64,000 nucleotides of DNA from an uncultured Verrucomicrobiae bacterium (lineage in GTDB: Bacteria; Verrucomicrobiota; Verrucomicrobiia; Chthoniobacterales; UBA10450): positions 928,001-992,000 of the forward strand of contig CAVSDR010000003.1 of the NCBI GenBank assembly GCA_963726745.1, in the 5' to 3' direction. The notes below the pieces were generated by a model. It was not told where the DNA came from and made no database searches. It worked only from the letters and a program-made list of their open reading frames with translations. A program made the translations under genes and the position numbers. Numbering within the stretch: position 1 is the stretch's first letter; the number at the start of each line of letters is the position of its first letter. Shown here piece after piece: positions 10,002 through 19,288 of this stretch.

Positions 10002-11093
10002 TTACCACCGCGCCGCGGCGCCATCGGCGATCCGGCAAACGAACGCGCCCGTGGCCAGGCCGCGCGGCTGGTGGAATTGTTTCGTTAATTCCTCCGCGAC
10101 CGCTTCCGCCTGCTCCACCCGCACGAGCGCGACCGTCCCGCCGCCAAAGCCGCCGCCGGTCAACCGCGCGCCGAGCACGCCCGGGAGGGTGCGCGCGAGC
10201 GTGACCAGCTCGTCCACTTCCGGCGCGCTGTTCTCGAAGTTCACCTGCGAACTTTCGTGCGACGCATTCATCAGCGCGCCCATCGCTGCCACGTCGCCGC
10301 GCTCCAGCGCCTCGAGCGCGCGCCAGACGCGGTCGTTCTCGCCCACGATGTGCGCCGCCCGCCGGTAGAGCACGTCGCCTAACGAGCCGTGCGCATACTC
10401 CAGCGCGTCCGGCGTGAGCTCGCGCAGGCTCTCCAGCCCGAGCGCTTCCGCGGCCGCGGAACACTCCTCGCGCCGGGTATTGTAAAGGCTCTGCAGGAGG
10501 TTGTGCTTCGCGCCCGACTCCGCGATCACGAGCGCGCAATCCGCCGGGAAAGCGAAGGTCCGCACCTCTTCGCTCTGGCAGTCGAAATAGACGACATGAT
10601 CGCGCTTCCCGAAGACGGAGGTCGCCTGGTCGAGCAGGCCCGAGCGCACGCCGACGAATTCGTTTTCCGCGCGCTGGCAAAGCTTCGCCACCTCCAGCGG
10701 CGGCAGGCGAAATTCATTCAGCAACATCAGCAAACCCGCGGTCGCGACCTCCAACGCGGCCGAGCTCGAAAGCCCCGCGCCCGCCGGGACATCGCCGGTC
10801 ACTTCGGCATCGAACCCGCGCACCTCGCAGCCGGCGCGCTGGAATTGCTCGATCACCCCGAGCGGGTAGTTCGCCCAGCGCTGCTCTTCCTGCGGCGCGA
10901 TCTCGCGCAGGGAAAAATGCACCCGGCTGCGCGCGTTCTTCGAAGTCAGGATGACGTTGTCGTCCTGTCGCAGGATCCCCGCGACCGTCAGCCCGCGATC
11001 GATCGCCGCCGCCAGGACCACGCCCTGGTTGTAATCGGCGTGGTTCCCGAGCAATTCGACTCGACCGGGCGCGTAGGCAGCAGCTGGACTCAC
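10002..11093 (-). CDS. galK: Galactokinase
   Basis: APGRVELLGNHADYN, VPAGAGLSSSAA, AENEFVG..GLLDQ, GARLTGGGFGG. Confidence 0.9.
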   Translation of the reverse strand: MSPAAAYAPGRVELLGNHADYNQGVVLAAAIDRGLTVAGILRQDDNVILTSKNARSRVHFSLREIAPQEEQRWANYPLGVIEQFQRAGCEVRGFDAEVTGDVPAGAGLSSSAALEVATAGLLMLLNEFRLPPLEVAKLCQRAENEFVGVRSGLLDQATSVFGKRDHVVYFDCQSEEVRTFAFPADCALVIAESGAKHNLLQSLYNTRREECSAAAEALGLESLRELTPDALEYAHGSLGDVLYRRAAHIVGENDRVWRALEALERGDVAAMGALMNASHESSQVNFENSAPEVDELVTLARTLPGVLGARLTGGGFGGGTVALVRVEQAEAVAEELTKQFHQPRGLATGAFVCRIADGAAARW

Positions 11094-11185
11094 GCGCGCA
11101 CCATTCCACATCCGCGCCCCGCGCGCCGGAAAACGTCGGCTAAATCGCGCATTGAGCGGAGCCGCCCGGGGACGCATCGTCCCGC

Positions 11186-14100
11186 GTGCCCGCCGCGCCG
11201 CCGATCACCCAGAAGCTCCTCGTGACCGCCGGCGGCTGGCCGGTGATGAAACAGGCGCAGCTGCTGCACGCCGCCGGCCGGGTGAGCGAAGCCGCTTACG
11301 AGCCGCCGATGCTTACCGGCATGGTCCGGGAAGGTCCGCGCAACCTGCGCGCCGGTCTGCGGATCAAGACCGAGACGGACGTGGAGAACCTCTGCACCTG
11401 CCGCGAATCGCGCGAGTGGGGCAAAATCTGCGCGCACTCGTTAGCCGTGGGCGTGGCTTACCTCGCGCCCGCTCCGCCGCCCGCCCCCACGGCCGCTCCG
11501 GCCTTCGCCCGCCGCCGCGAAAACAGCCGGCCCTTTGTTCCTCGAGAACGGGTCGGAAAACGCCAGCCCGCTCGTGCTCCATTTCATCCTCCCGCCAAAT
11601 TTCGCGAGCGCCTGGAGCAAGCCGCAGGTCATGCTCGTGACCGAGGTCGAGCTCGGCGGCGCGCGCGTCCAGCCGGTAGCCTTGCGGCCTAACGAGCGCT
11701 ACGCCTGCGACCCGCACGACCTCGCTGCGCTCGACGGCTTCCGCGAGTTCTTCCCTGAGGACGAACTTCTCGCGGCCATGCGGCTCTATCCGCGCGAGAA
11801 ATTTCTCCGGCTGCTGCGGTCGTTCCGCGGCCATCCGCGGGTCAGTTTTGGCAAAGCGAAGCCGGCGGCCATCGCCGCGGAAAATAGCCGGCCGCTTCTG
11901 CATCTGCGCGCTTCCCTGATGGCCGAACTCTCCGCGCCGCTGCTCATCGCCGGCCCGGAAGCCTGGCTGCTCGAAGGCGAAACGTTTCGGCCGTTGCCGG
12001 AGAATTTTCCGGAGGAGTTCCGCTTCCTGGCCGATGGGCGGATGAAAATTCGCGCCGAACGCGTGGCGTCGTTACGCGAGTGGTTCACGGTCGAGAGCGA
12101 CTTCCCGCTCCCGGAGCCGAAGCTCGCGCGGCCGCAGTTCCTCCTCGCGCTCGAGGGTTCGCTCCGCGAAGTGCGTGCGACCCTGCGCGTGCGCTATGCG
12201 GAGGCGGACTGGGAGGGCCCGCTCGCGCGCGCCAGCGAGCAAGTGCTGGTTTCGCGGGCCGATGCGATTCTCCTGCGCGATCTCACCGCGGAAAGCGCCG
12301 CGCTCGCGCGCCTCGAGCGGCTCGGTTTTGACGAGCGCCTGGTCCTGAAGCGCGAGGAAGCGGTCGCACGTTTCTTTGCCTTCGAATACCCGCGCCTGCG
12401 CGAGCAATGGACGGTCACGCTTTCGGCGCAGGCCACCAAGGCGCAGGCCGAGCTGCAACCGCTCGCGCCGCAGATCGAGGTCGTGGCTTCGGGCGAAAAC
12501 TGGTTCGAGATCCAATACTCGTTAGGCACGCCCGACGGGACCCAATTCTCCGCGGCGGAACTGCAGCGCCTGCTTCGTTCCGGGCAGACGAAAACCAAAC
12601 TGCGTAATGGCCGGACCGCGGTCTTCGACCCGGAAGCGATGGCCGACTTCGAGGAGATGCTGCGCGATACCGACCCGACGCAGAAGCAGCCCGGCCTTTA
12701 CCGGATCAGCCGCGCGCACAGTGATTACCTCGCGACGACCGCGCAGGCGATCGGCGCAGATGTGCGTGGGGCTTTGCAGAGCCTAACGAACGCCGTGGCG
12801 CTGCCGCCGCTTGGCGAAATTGGCGGCAAATTGCGCGACTACCAGCGTGAAGGCGTCGCCTGGCTGTGGCGGCTCGGGCAAGGCGGCCTGGGCGGAATTT
12901 TAGCCGACGAGATGGGGCTAGGGAAAACTGTGCAAACGCTCGCGTTTCTCGAAGCCGCGAAAACGAAGGAGCCGGCGCTGATTGTTTGCCCGAGCTCGCT
13001 CGTGACCAATTGGCGGAACGAAGCGCAACGTTGGACGCCGAGTCTGCGCGTGCTCGTGCTCGAGGGTCCGCAGCGGCACGAACGCTTCGCGGAAATCAGC
13101 CGGCACGATCTCGTGCTCACGAGCTACGCGCTCCTCCAGCGCGACGCCGAGCGCTATCGCGCGCTCCAGTTCTCCACCGTCGTGCTCGACGAAGCGCAGC
13201 ACATCAAAAACCCCGACACGCAAAACGCGCAGGCCGCCTTCGCGCTGCAGGCGCGGCGGCGCTTTGTCCTCACGGGCACGCCGATCGAAAACTCGGTGCG
13301 CGATCTCTGGTCGATCATGAACTTCGCCCTCCCCGGCTATCTCGGGAACGCGGGCCGATTTTCGCGAGCGCTACGAGCAGCCGCTCGCGCGCGGCGAAGC
13401 CCCGGCGGTGCAACAGCGGCTGGCGCGCCGGCTCCGGCCGTTCCTCCTGCGCCGCCGGAAATCGCGAAGTGGCCAAGGATCTCCCGGAGAAGATCGAGCA
13501 ACAGGTGCTCTGCGAACTGACTCCGCCGCAGCGCGCGGCCTACGATGGGCTCCTGCGCGAGATTCAATCCGGCCTCGCGAGCGGCAAAAACGCGAACGAA
13601 GGGGCAGTGCGGATGCAGATGCTGGTCGGCCTGCTCCGGCTGCGGCAGGTCTGCTGCGACCTGCGCTTGCTCGATCGCGCGAAGGCCGGCTCGGCCAAGC
13701 TGGAATTGCTCGACGAGCTGCTCGAGGAAGCGATCGATGGCGGGCATCGCGTGCTCGTCTTCAGCCAGTTCGTCTCGATGCTCGCGCTCATTCGCGAGCG
13801 GCTGGAGGCGCAGAAAATCCCGTATGCCTATCTCGACGGCTCAACCAAGAACCGGCAGGCGGAGGTCGATCGTTTCCAAACAGACAGCAAGTTGCCGCTC
13901 TTCCTGATGAGCCTGAAAGCCGGCGGCGTGGGCTTGAATCTCTCCGCGGCCGACACCGTGATCCATTTCGATCCGTGGTGGAATCACGCGGTCGAAGCGC
14001 AAGCGACCGATCGCGCGCATCGCATCGGGCAGACGCGCGTGGTCACGGCCTACAAGCTGATCGCGCGCGGCACGGTGGAGGAGAAGATCGTGCAACTGCA

Positions 14101-14197
14101 GGCGCGCAAACGAAGCGCGAGCGAGGCGACCATCGGGAGCGAGGAGCCGCTAATGAGCGGCCTTTCGAGCGACGACCTGGCGGAGCTGCTGGCGTAA
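11186..14197 (+). CDS. SWIM-domain SNF2/RAD54-family helicase (frameshifts near 11530 and 13350-13470)
   Basis: SWIM CTC...KICAH; LRDYQ, LADEMGLGKT, DEAQ, TGTPIEN; C-terminal SLKAGGVGLNL, DPWWN, QATDRAHRIGQ. Spread over three ORFs. Confidence 0.9.
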
Positions 14198-14251
14198 CGC
14201 CGCGTTCACAGGCCGCTCCCCTGGCGCGCGGGGTCGCAGGCCAACGTTGCG

Positions 14252-14343
14252 GACGGGAAGATTAAATTTGGAAACCAGGAAGCCAGAAAGGGGAGCCTCT
14301 TTCTTTCTGGCTTTCTGGCTTCCAAATTCATCCCTTCCCCGTC
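14252..14343. repeat. Long intergenic inverted repeat between convergent genes (REP-like / possible bidirectional terminator)
   Basis: GACGGGAAG..AATTTGGAAACCAGGAAGCCAGAAAG ... CTTTCTGGCTTTCTGGCTTCCAAATT..CTTCCCCGTC. Confidence 0.75.
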
Positions 14344-14390
14344 GCTCCACGGGAGATCACGCCCCAGCCCGGAACCAGTGAAGTTGCCGG

Positions 14391-15485
14391 CTATTTTTTG
14401 TCGACGTCCGGATCTTTTTTCAGCTTCTCGAGGTCGACGTCGTCGTTGCTTAACTTGCCTTCGAAAGCCTTGATGAAGGCGTTGCGGAGGACGTTGAAAA
14501 CGGTGTCCATGATTGCGGGTGCGGGATTGTCGAAGCTGCCGGAAATGGGGACGCGGGTGCCGAAGCGATCCTTCGGGTGATTGCGGATCAAACGCGTGAT
14601 CCCGCCGACGATGCCCTGCCAGATGAAGTCGATCGGGTTCTCGGAATCGTGCGCCGGATCGAAGATCGACATCTGGTCGAAGACCGGCTCGAAGTAGCCG
14701 CGGAATTCGCCCTGCTTCGAGGTTAGCTCGGTCGCGAGCTTGAGCGTGCCACCCTCGAAGGTGATCCCGGCGTAGGCCTTGGCAAAGTCGTTCAGCTTCA
14801 CCAGCGGGATGCCCTCGACCTCGATCTTGCTGCTAAAGGTCGGCTTCGCGGCGTAGGGATCGAGATCGATCTTGGACTTGAACTCGCCGGTGCGCAGCGG
14901 CCGCCCGGAGACCTCGATGTTCGCGTTCATCGTCTTCGAGAGCTTCTCGCTGTTGGTCAGGTTGGTCGCGACCACGTCGAAGCGATCCATGACCACGTCG
15001 ACCTTGGGCGACTTCGAGAAATCGCGGTAATGGATCTCGCCGTTGTTGACCGTGAAGCGGTTGATCTTGAGCGGAAAGAGGTCGCGAATTTTCTCAGTCC
15101 ACGGCTCGTCCAGCGGCGCCTGTTTGCCGGCTTTGCTCGCGCTGTTCACGAGGTTGATCTCGGGATGCTCGAAGTTGATCTCGCCGACAAAGGCGCCATG
15201 GAAGAGCGCCTTCCATTCAACCGAAAGATCGACCGCGGGCGCGGCGAAAAACGGCACCGGCACTTTGCCGTCGGTCTTCTTGATGTCGACGCCGTGGATC
15301 GTGTAGGCGCCGCGCCAGAGGTGAAGATCAACGTCGGCCACATGGCCGCGGTAGCCATCGATCTCGGAGAGTTTGCGGTTCACGTAATCGCGCACCCAGA
15401 TGGGCAACATCGCGCGGACCACCAGGAGGGCGACCAGGAGAATGACGGCGAGCCAAAGGAGTTTGCTGCGATAGAGCGCTTTCAT
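14391..15485 (-). CDS. DUF748 / AsmA-like domain protein
   Basis: N-terminal TM, YRGHVADVDLHLWRGAY, beta-rich body, VLRNAFIKA near the C-terminus. Confidence 0.7.
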   Translation of the reverse strand: MKALYRSKLLWLAVILLVALLVVRAMLPIWVRDYVNRKLSEIDGYRGHVADVDLHLWRGAYTIHGVDIKKTDGKVPVPFFAAPAVDLSVEWKALFHGAFVGEINFEHPEINLVNSASKAGKQAPLDEPWTEKIRDLFPLKINRFTVNNGEIHYRDFSKSPKVDVVMDRFDVVATNLTNSEKLSKTMNANIEVSGRPLRTGEFKSKIDLDPYAAKPTFSSKIEVEGIPLVKLNDFAKAYAGITFEGGTLKLATELTSKQGEFRGYFEPVFDQMSIFDPAHDSENPIDFIWQGIVGGITRLIRNHPKDRFGTRVPISGSFDNPAPAIMDTVFNVLRNAFIKAFEGKLSNDDVDLEKLKKDPDVDKK

Positions 15486-15534
15486 GCTTTCCATCGTCTA
15501 ACGAATCGAGCCCGGCTGGTGGCCGTGTCGTCGG

Positions 15535-16920
15535 CTAGCCACCGGGCGTCGCCGACGCGCTGGCGCTGGCCGAAGGCAGCGGGAAAGCAAAGGTCGGCGC
15601 TGGCGAAGGCGACGCGGGCGAGACCGACGGGCTGGGCGACGGAGATGGCGTCGGAGTCGGCGTCGGCGTTGGGGTTGGGGTCGGCGTGGGCGTTGGCAAA
15701 TTGCTGACCCATTGGTGCACCGGCACGCCGGCGCCGCCGATCTCGCCGACTAATTCCGCCGCGCGCGCGTTGATCCGCGCAAGATCGGGCGGACCGAAGG
15801 GCGACTCCGCCGTGCCGGGGAAGATCAAGTAAGTGATCTTGAGCTCGTCTATCGGCCGATTGTTTCCCGACGCGCGCGCGCTGATTTCCTTCGCGATGCG
15901 CAACGATGCTTCGCCCGCCTTATCCGCCGGGCCGACGTCGCCCACGAGGGCGGGATAAATCGCGCTGTCGGAGACGACAACCGCGTAGTCGCCCACCTTG
16001 ACGTTCTCCGCGCGCGTGAAACCGCCGGGAACGACGATGAAAGGATCGTTTGCGCCGATCAGGTAGCTGAAGGCCTTCAAGCTCCCGATGTCGCTGCGCG
16101 TTTGCGCGATCGCATTTTTCAAGTCGCGCTTGCGCTCGGCGCTGGTGGTTTTCGCCGCCATCTCGGTCTCGTAACGGGCGATCTTTTCTTCAAAGACACC
16201 GATGTAGGGATTCGGCACCTTGCCCTTCTTTGGCCAGCGATAGCTGGTGAATGGCTGGAAGGTCGAAGAACCGGCGGCGAGCGTCGGCACGCGGTCGGCA
16301 TCGGAGCCGTCGGTGTCGACGTCCATGTCCGATTGCAAGAGCACCGCCTTTCGTTTCGTCTCCGGATGCCGCAGGCGCAGAACGGTCTGCACGTCGAAGA
16401 AATTGTGCCGCGACAGGAGCTGGTCGAGCCGGCCGAGATCCTGGCGCAGCTCCTTCAGCTTTCCTTCGTAGAACTCGTTGAAGTACGGCGAAAGCGCATC
16501 CGGCGTGATCAACGCCGGCAATCCCGGCAGAAGGCGCGCCAGCTCGCCGTTCGCCTTGGCGAGATCGTCCATGCTGGCGTTGGCCGTGGGCACTCGCACG
16601 CGCAGCTTCAGGTCGAGCACGTAACTCTCGGGGTCGACGCGTTCTTCGGAAGCGGTCCGGCCTGGCGTCGGCTCCACCGCGGCCCGCAGCGTGATCCCGT
16701 TAAAGAGGCGGCTGGTTTCGAGCCGCCCGCCGATCGGTCGCGGCTTCGGTTCGGGCGTGGGGGTCCCTACCAGCTCCGGCACGATCGGGGTGACCAACTC
16801 GTGCTGTTGCGTCCAATGCCAGCGCTCGAGCGAGATCCAGCGCAGGACCACGGCCGCGAAGAGCCCGAGGAAAAGCAGCAACACCAGCCAGCGCAAAGTG
16901 CTCAGGCGAAATCGGCGCAC
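15535..16920 (-). CDS. Membrane-anchored glycoside hydrolase family 75 (chitosanase-like) protein with C-terminal Pro/Thr/Ser tail
   Basis: MDVDTDGSD, PFIVVP, GDYAVV and GDVGP..KAGEASL match GH75 motifs; N-terminal TM; (TP)n(SP)n tail. Confidence 0.7.
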   Translation of the reverse strand: MRRFRLSTLRWLVLLLFLGLFAAVVLRWISLERWHWTQQHELVTPIVPELVGTPTPEPKPRPIGGRLETSRLFNGITLRAAVEPTPGRTASEERVDPESYVLDLKLRVRVPTANASMDDLAKANGELARLLPGLPALITPDALSPYFNEFYEGKLKELRQDLGRLDQLLSRHNFFDVQTVLRLRHPETKRKAVLLQSDMDVDTDGSDADRVPTLAAGSSTFQPFTSYRWPKKGKVPNPYIGVFEEKIARYETEMAAKTTSAERKRDLKNAIAQTRSDIGSLKAFSYLIGANDPFIVVPGGFTRAENVKVGDYAVVVSDSAIYPALVGDVGPADKAGEASLRIAKEISARASGNNRPIDELKITYLIFPGTAESPFGPPDLARINARAAELVGEIGGAGVPVHQWVSNLPTPTPTPTPTPTPTPTPSPSPSPSVSPASPSPAPTFAFPLPSASASASATPGG

Positions 16921-16935
16921 GCGAGAAAGCGCTGG

Positions 16936-17256
16936 TTATCTTCGCACCAGCGCGGCGATCGCGATGATCAGGCCCATCACGCTCAGGACGGACATCATCC
17001 CGGCCGGCATCACGCCGCCAGTCTTCAGGAAAGCCGGCACGAACCGACCCGCAAGCAGCAGCGAAACCACCGCCGCGAGGATGAGCGCCACCAAGGTTTG
17101 CGAGGGAATGAGAAAGGCCGCGACCAGCAGGAGGACGCCGGAGATGGAGCCGGCGATGATCGAAGGCATGCTGCCCTTGCTCACATAGCCGATGATTCCG
17201 CCGAGGATGGTCAACAGTCCGAAGATGATGAAGTAGATTTTCGCGGGGCCGATCAT
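16936..17256 (-). CDS. TMEM14-family small membrane protein
   Basis: GGIIGYVSKGSMPSIIAG and RF...MPAG signatures. Confidence 0.85.
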   Translation of the reverse strand: MIGPAKIYFIIFGLLTILGGIIGYVSKGSMPSIIAGSISGVLLLVAAFLIPSQTLVALILAAVVSLLLAGRFVPAFLKTGGVMPAGMMSVLSVMGLIIAIAALVRR

Positions 17257-17297
17257 TGCGCTGCATCCGTAAACGATGGGCGCGCTTCTGTCGAGGC

Positions 17298-18101
17298 CTA
17301 GCGCAAGCCTGCGAGCTCGCGAAACCAGCGCAGGGCTTCGCGCACCGCGCTACGGCTGACCACATGTCCGTGCGGCGTTGTTTCCAAACGCACGCGGGTG
17401 AAGCCGGCGCGCCCGAGCGCCTGCGTCACTGCTTGCTGCTCGGGCAAGCGCGCCACGCGATCGCTTTGGCCCGCGCTCAGGTAGATCGGCGTGCGCAAGA
17501 ATTCGCGGCCGGGCCGGAACTGCGCGTAACCAGCCGCAAGGCGGTCTTCATTGATCCCGGTGAGGAAGATTCCAATCACCCGATTCCCCGCGAGCGCGAG
17601 CAACGGCGCGAGCGAGCCGGCCCGTTTCGCGCCACCGGAAAATCCCGCGATCGCCACCGGCCAGCGGTCCGAGCCGGGAAAGGAACGGTGCAGCGCATCG
17701 AGCGCCGCGAGCGTGGTCCCGGCGCGCCAGCCGGCGGTATCGCGCGCGGGGTTTTGCTCGCCATCGCCCGCGAGCACCAGCCAGCCCTCAGCGAGCGCAG
17801 CTTGCTGGTAAAAATCGCGCAAGTCATCGCGGTTTTTCCGGCCAAAATCGCTCGTCGAGAGCGAAATCAGGACGGGCCACTTCTTGGCCGGATCGAAACG
17901 AGCCGGCACCGCGAGCACCGCCACCGCCTGGGCCGGGACCGCGTTCCCGCCTTCGGCAAGGTAAGCCCGCTGCTGCGTGCTTAAGGGCACAGCCGCGCGC
18001 ACGCTCGCGCCGGGCTGCAGCGGCACGCCCGCGAAATTTGGCGCAGCCAGGGCGTTCCCTGCCATCAGCAGACAAGCGACCATGAGAATGCGCCGTGGCA
18101 T
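17298..18101 (-). CDS. Secreted alpha/beta-hydrolase-fold protein
   Basis: Signal peptide MPRRILMVACLLMAGNALA; nucleophile elbow GFSGG; GQSD and HGH candidate Asp/His. Confidence 0.65.
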   Translation of the reverse strand: MPRRILMVACLLMAGNALAAPNFAGVPLQPGASVRAAVPLSTQQRAYLAEGGNAVPAQAVAVLAVPARFDPAKKWPVLISLSTSDFGRKNRDDLRDFYQQAALAEGWLVLAGDGEQNPARDTAGWRAGTTLAALDALHRSFPGSDRWPVAIAGFSGGAKRAGSLAPLLALAGNRVIGIFLTGINEDRLAAGYAQFRPGREFLRTPIYLSAGQSDRVARLPEQQAVTQALGRAGFTRVRLETTPHGHVVSRSAVREALRWFRELAGLR

Positions 18102-18203
18102 CCTTTTGTGCTCGCATCTCGCTGGCAAAATGTCGACGCGGATCACGGCGGCGGTCGACCGCGAGCGGAAAGTGAGGCAGCTTGCGGGCGCATCCGCGCC
18201 GGC

Positions 18204-18815
18204 ATGAAATATCCGCTCTCGAAAAATCCCATCTTCTGGACGCTCCAGGGCGAAGGCCACCTCCGTGGCTTCCAGATGTGCTTTGTGCGTCTTGCCGGCT
18301 GTTCGGTTGGCTGCCCCGCGTGCGATACCGATTACCGCCGCGAGACCACCGCGACCGAGGAGGAGATCGCGCAAAGAGTCGACGAGCTCACGCCGAAGAA
18401 CGCGCGCGATCGCTGGGTCTGGATCACCGGCGGCGAACCGACCGATCACGATCTCGTGCCGCTCATCCGTGCGCTGCGCGCGAAACATTTCGCGATCGCA
18501 CTCGCCAGCAGCGGCCATCGCCGGGTCATCCCGCCGGTCGATTGGCTTTCGATCTCGCCGCACGATCCCTCGAAGTGGATGCAAACCTACGGGAACGAAG
18601 TCAAAATCGTCCCCGGCTTGAACGGCTTCTCGATTGAAGACTTCCGCCGCGCGCATCCGGACGACCAGACCGATTTCATGTATCGCTACGTGCAGCCGCT
18701 CTCGATCGGAAAAACGGAGGACCCGGCGAGTCTTCAGACCTGTCTCGAATTCGTCCGGCAGAATCCAAACTGGGCGCTTTCCCGGCAGGATCACCATTAT
18801 TGGGCGGTCCCGTAG
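18204..18815 (+). CDS. queE: QueE-like radical SAM enzyme (7-carboxy-7-deazaguanine synthase family)
   Basis: FWTLQGEG, FVRLAGCSVGCPACDT (CxxxCxxC), WITGGEP, SISP, YVQP, WALSRQDH. Confidence 0.8.
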   Translation: MKYPLSKNPIFWTLQGEGHLRGFQMCFVRLAGCSVGCPACDTDYRRETTATEEEIAQRVDELTPKNARDRWVWITGGEPTDHDLVPLIRALRAKHFAIALASSGHRRVIPPVDWLSISPHDPSKWMQTYGNEVKIVPGLNGFSIEDFRRAHPDDQTDFMYRYVQPLSIGKTEDPASLQTCLEFVRQNPNWALSRQDHHYWAVP

Positions 18816-18860
18816 CCGCGGCTTGCACCGCGCGCTTTCCTGCCAGAGACTCGTCGCCTT

Positions 18861-19160
18861 ATGAGCGGCAAATTGCGCGCCCTCACCGCGACGCTCCTTC
18901 TTGGCGCCGTGGCCCTGGCGATCGGCCTCGCGAGCGCGCCGCAACTCCACGACCGGTTGCACCAGCAACCCGGCGGGCAACACGAATGCGCCGCCACCCT
19001 GCTCGCGCATGGCAATGTGGAGCACGCCCCTAACGACACCTTCGCGGTGCCCGCGGCGCCGCCTCCGCAGCCAGCCGTGTTTCGTTTCCGGCCGCAGGCG
19101 CATCTCGCCCTGCGGCTCGCCTTTTCTCTCCTGGAGCACGCTCCACCCGCTGGGCGTTAA
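18861..19160 (+). CDS. Small His/Cys protein, DUF2946-like putative leader ORF
   Basis: N-terminal hydrophobic helix, HDRLH..HEC..LLAHG, Pro-rich spacer, C-terminal HAPP; directly upstream of the metal-uptake genes. Confidence 0.6.
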   Translation: MSGKLRALTATLLLGAVALAIGLASAPQLHDRLHQQPGGQHECAATLLAHGNVEHAPNDTFAVPAAPPPQPAVFRFRPQAHLALRLAFSLLEHAPPAGR

Positions 19161-19288
19161 CTTGCCGGGAGCCTCCAGGGCAAAAGCGCGCGCGTTTCGC
19201 GCCGTTGCCGCTCCCTCCGCAAGCGCCAGACGCACGGTGGATTGATGATTCGTTAGGCGCGAAAGCGTCGGCAGTTTTCGGGGGAGAA

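Noticed and set aside
15540..15700. Short-period tandem repeat
   Set aside because: Encodes a (TP)n(SP)n low-complexity tail with varied synonymous codons; not an array.
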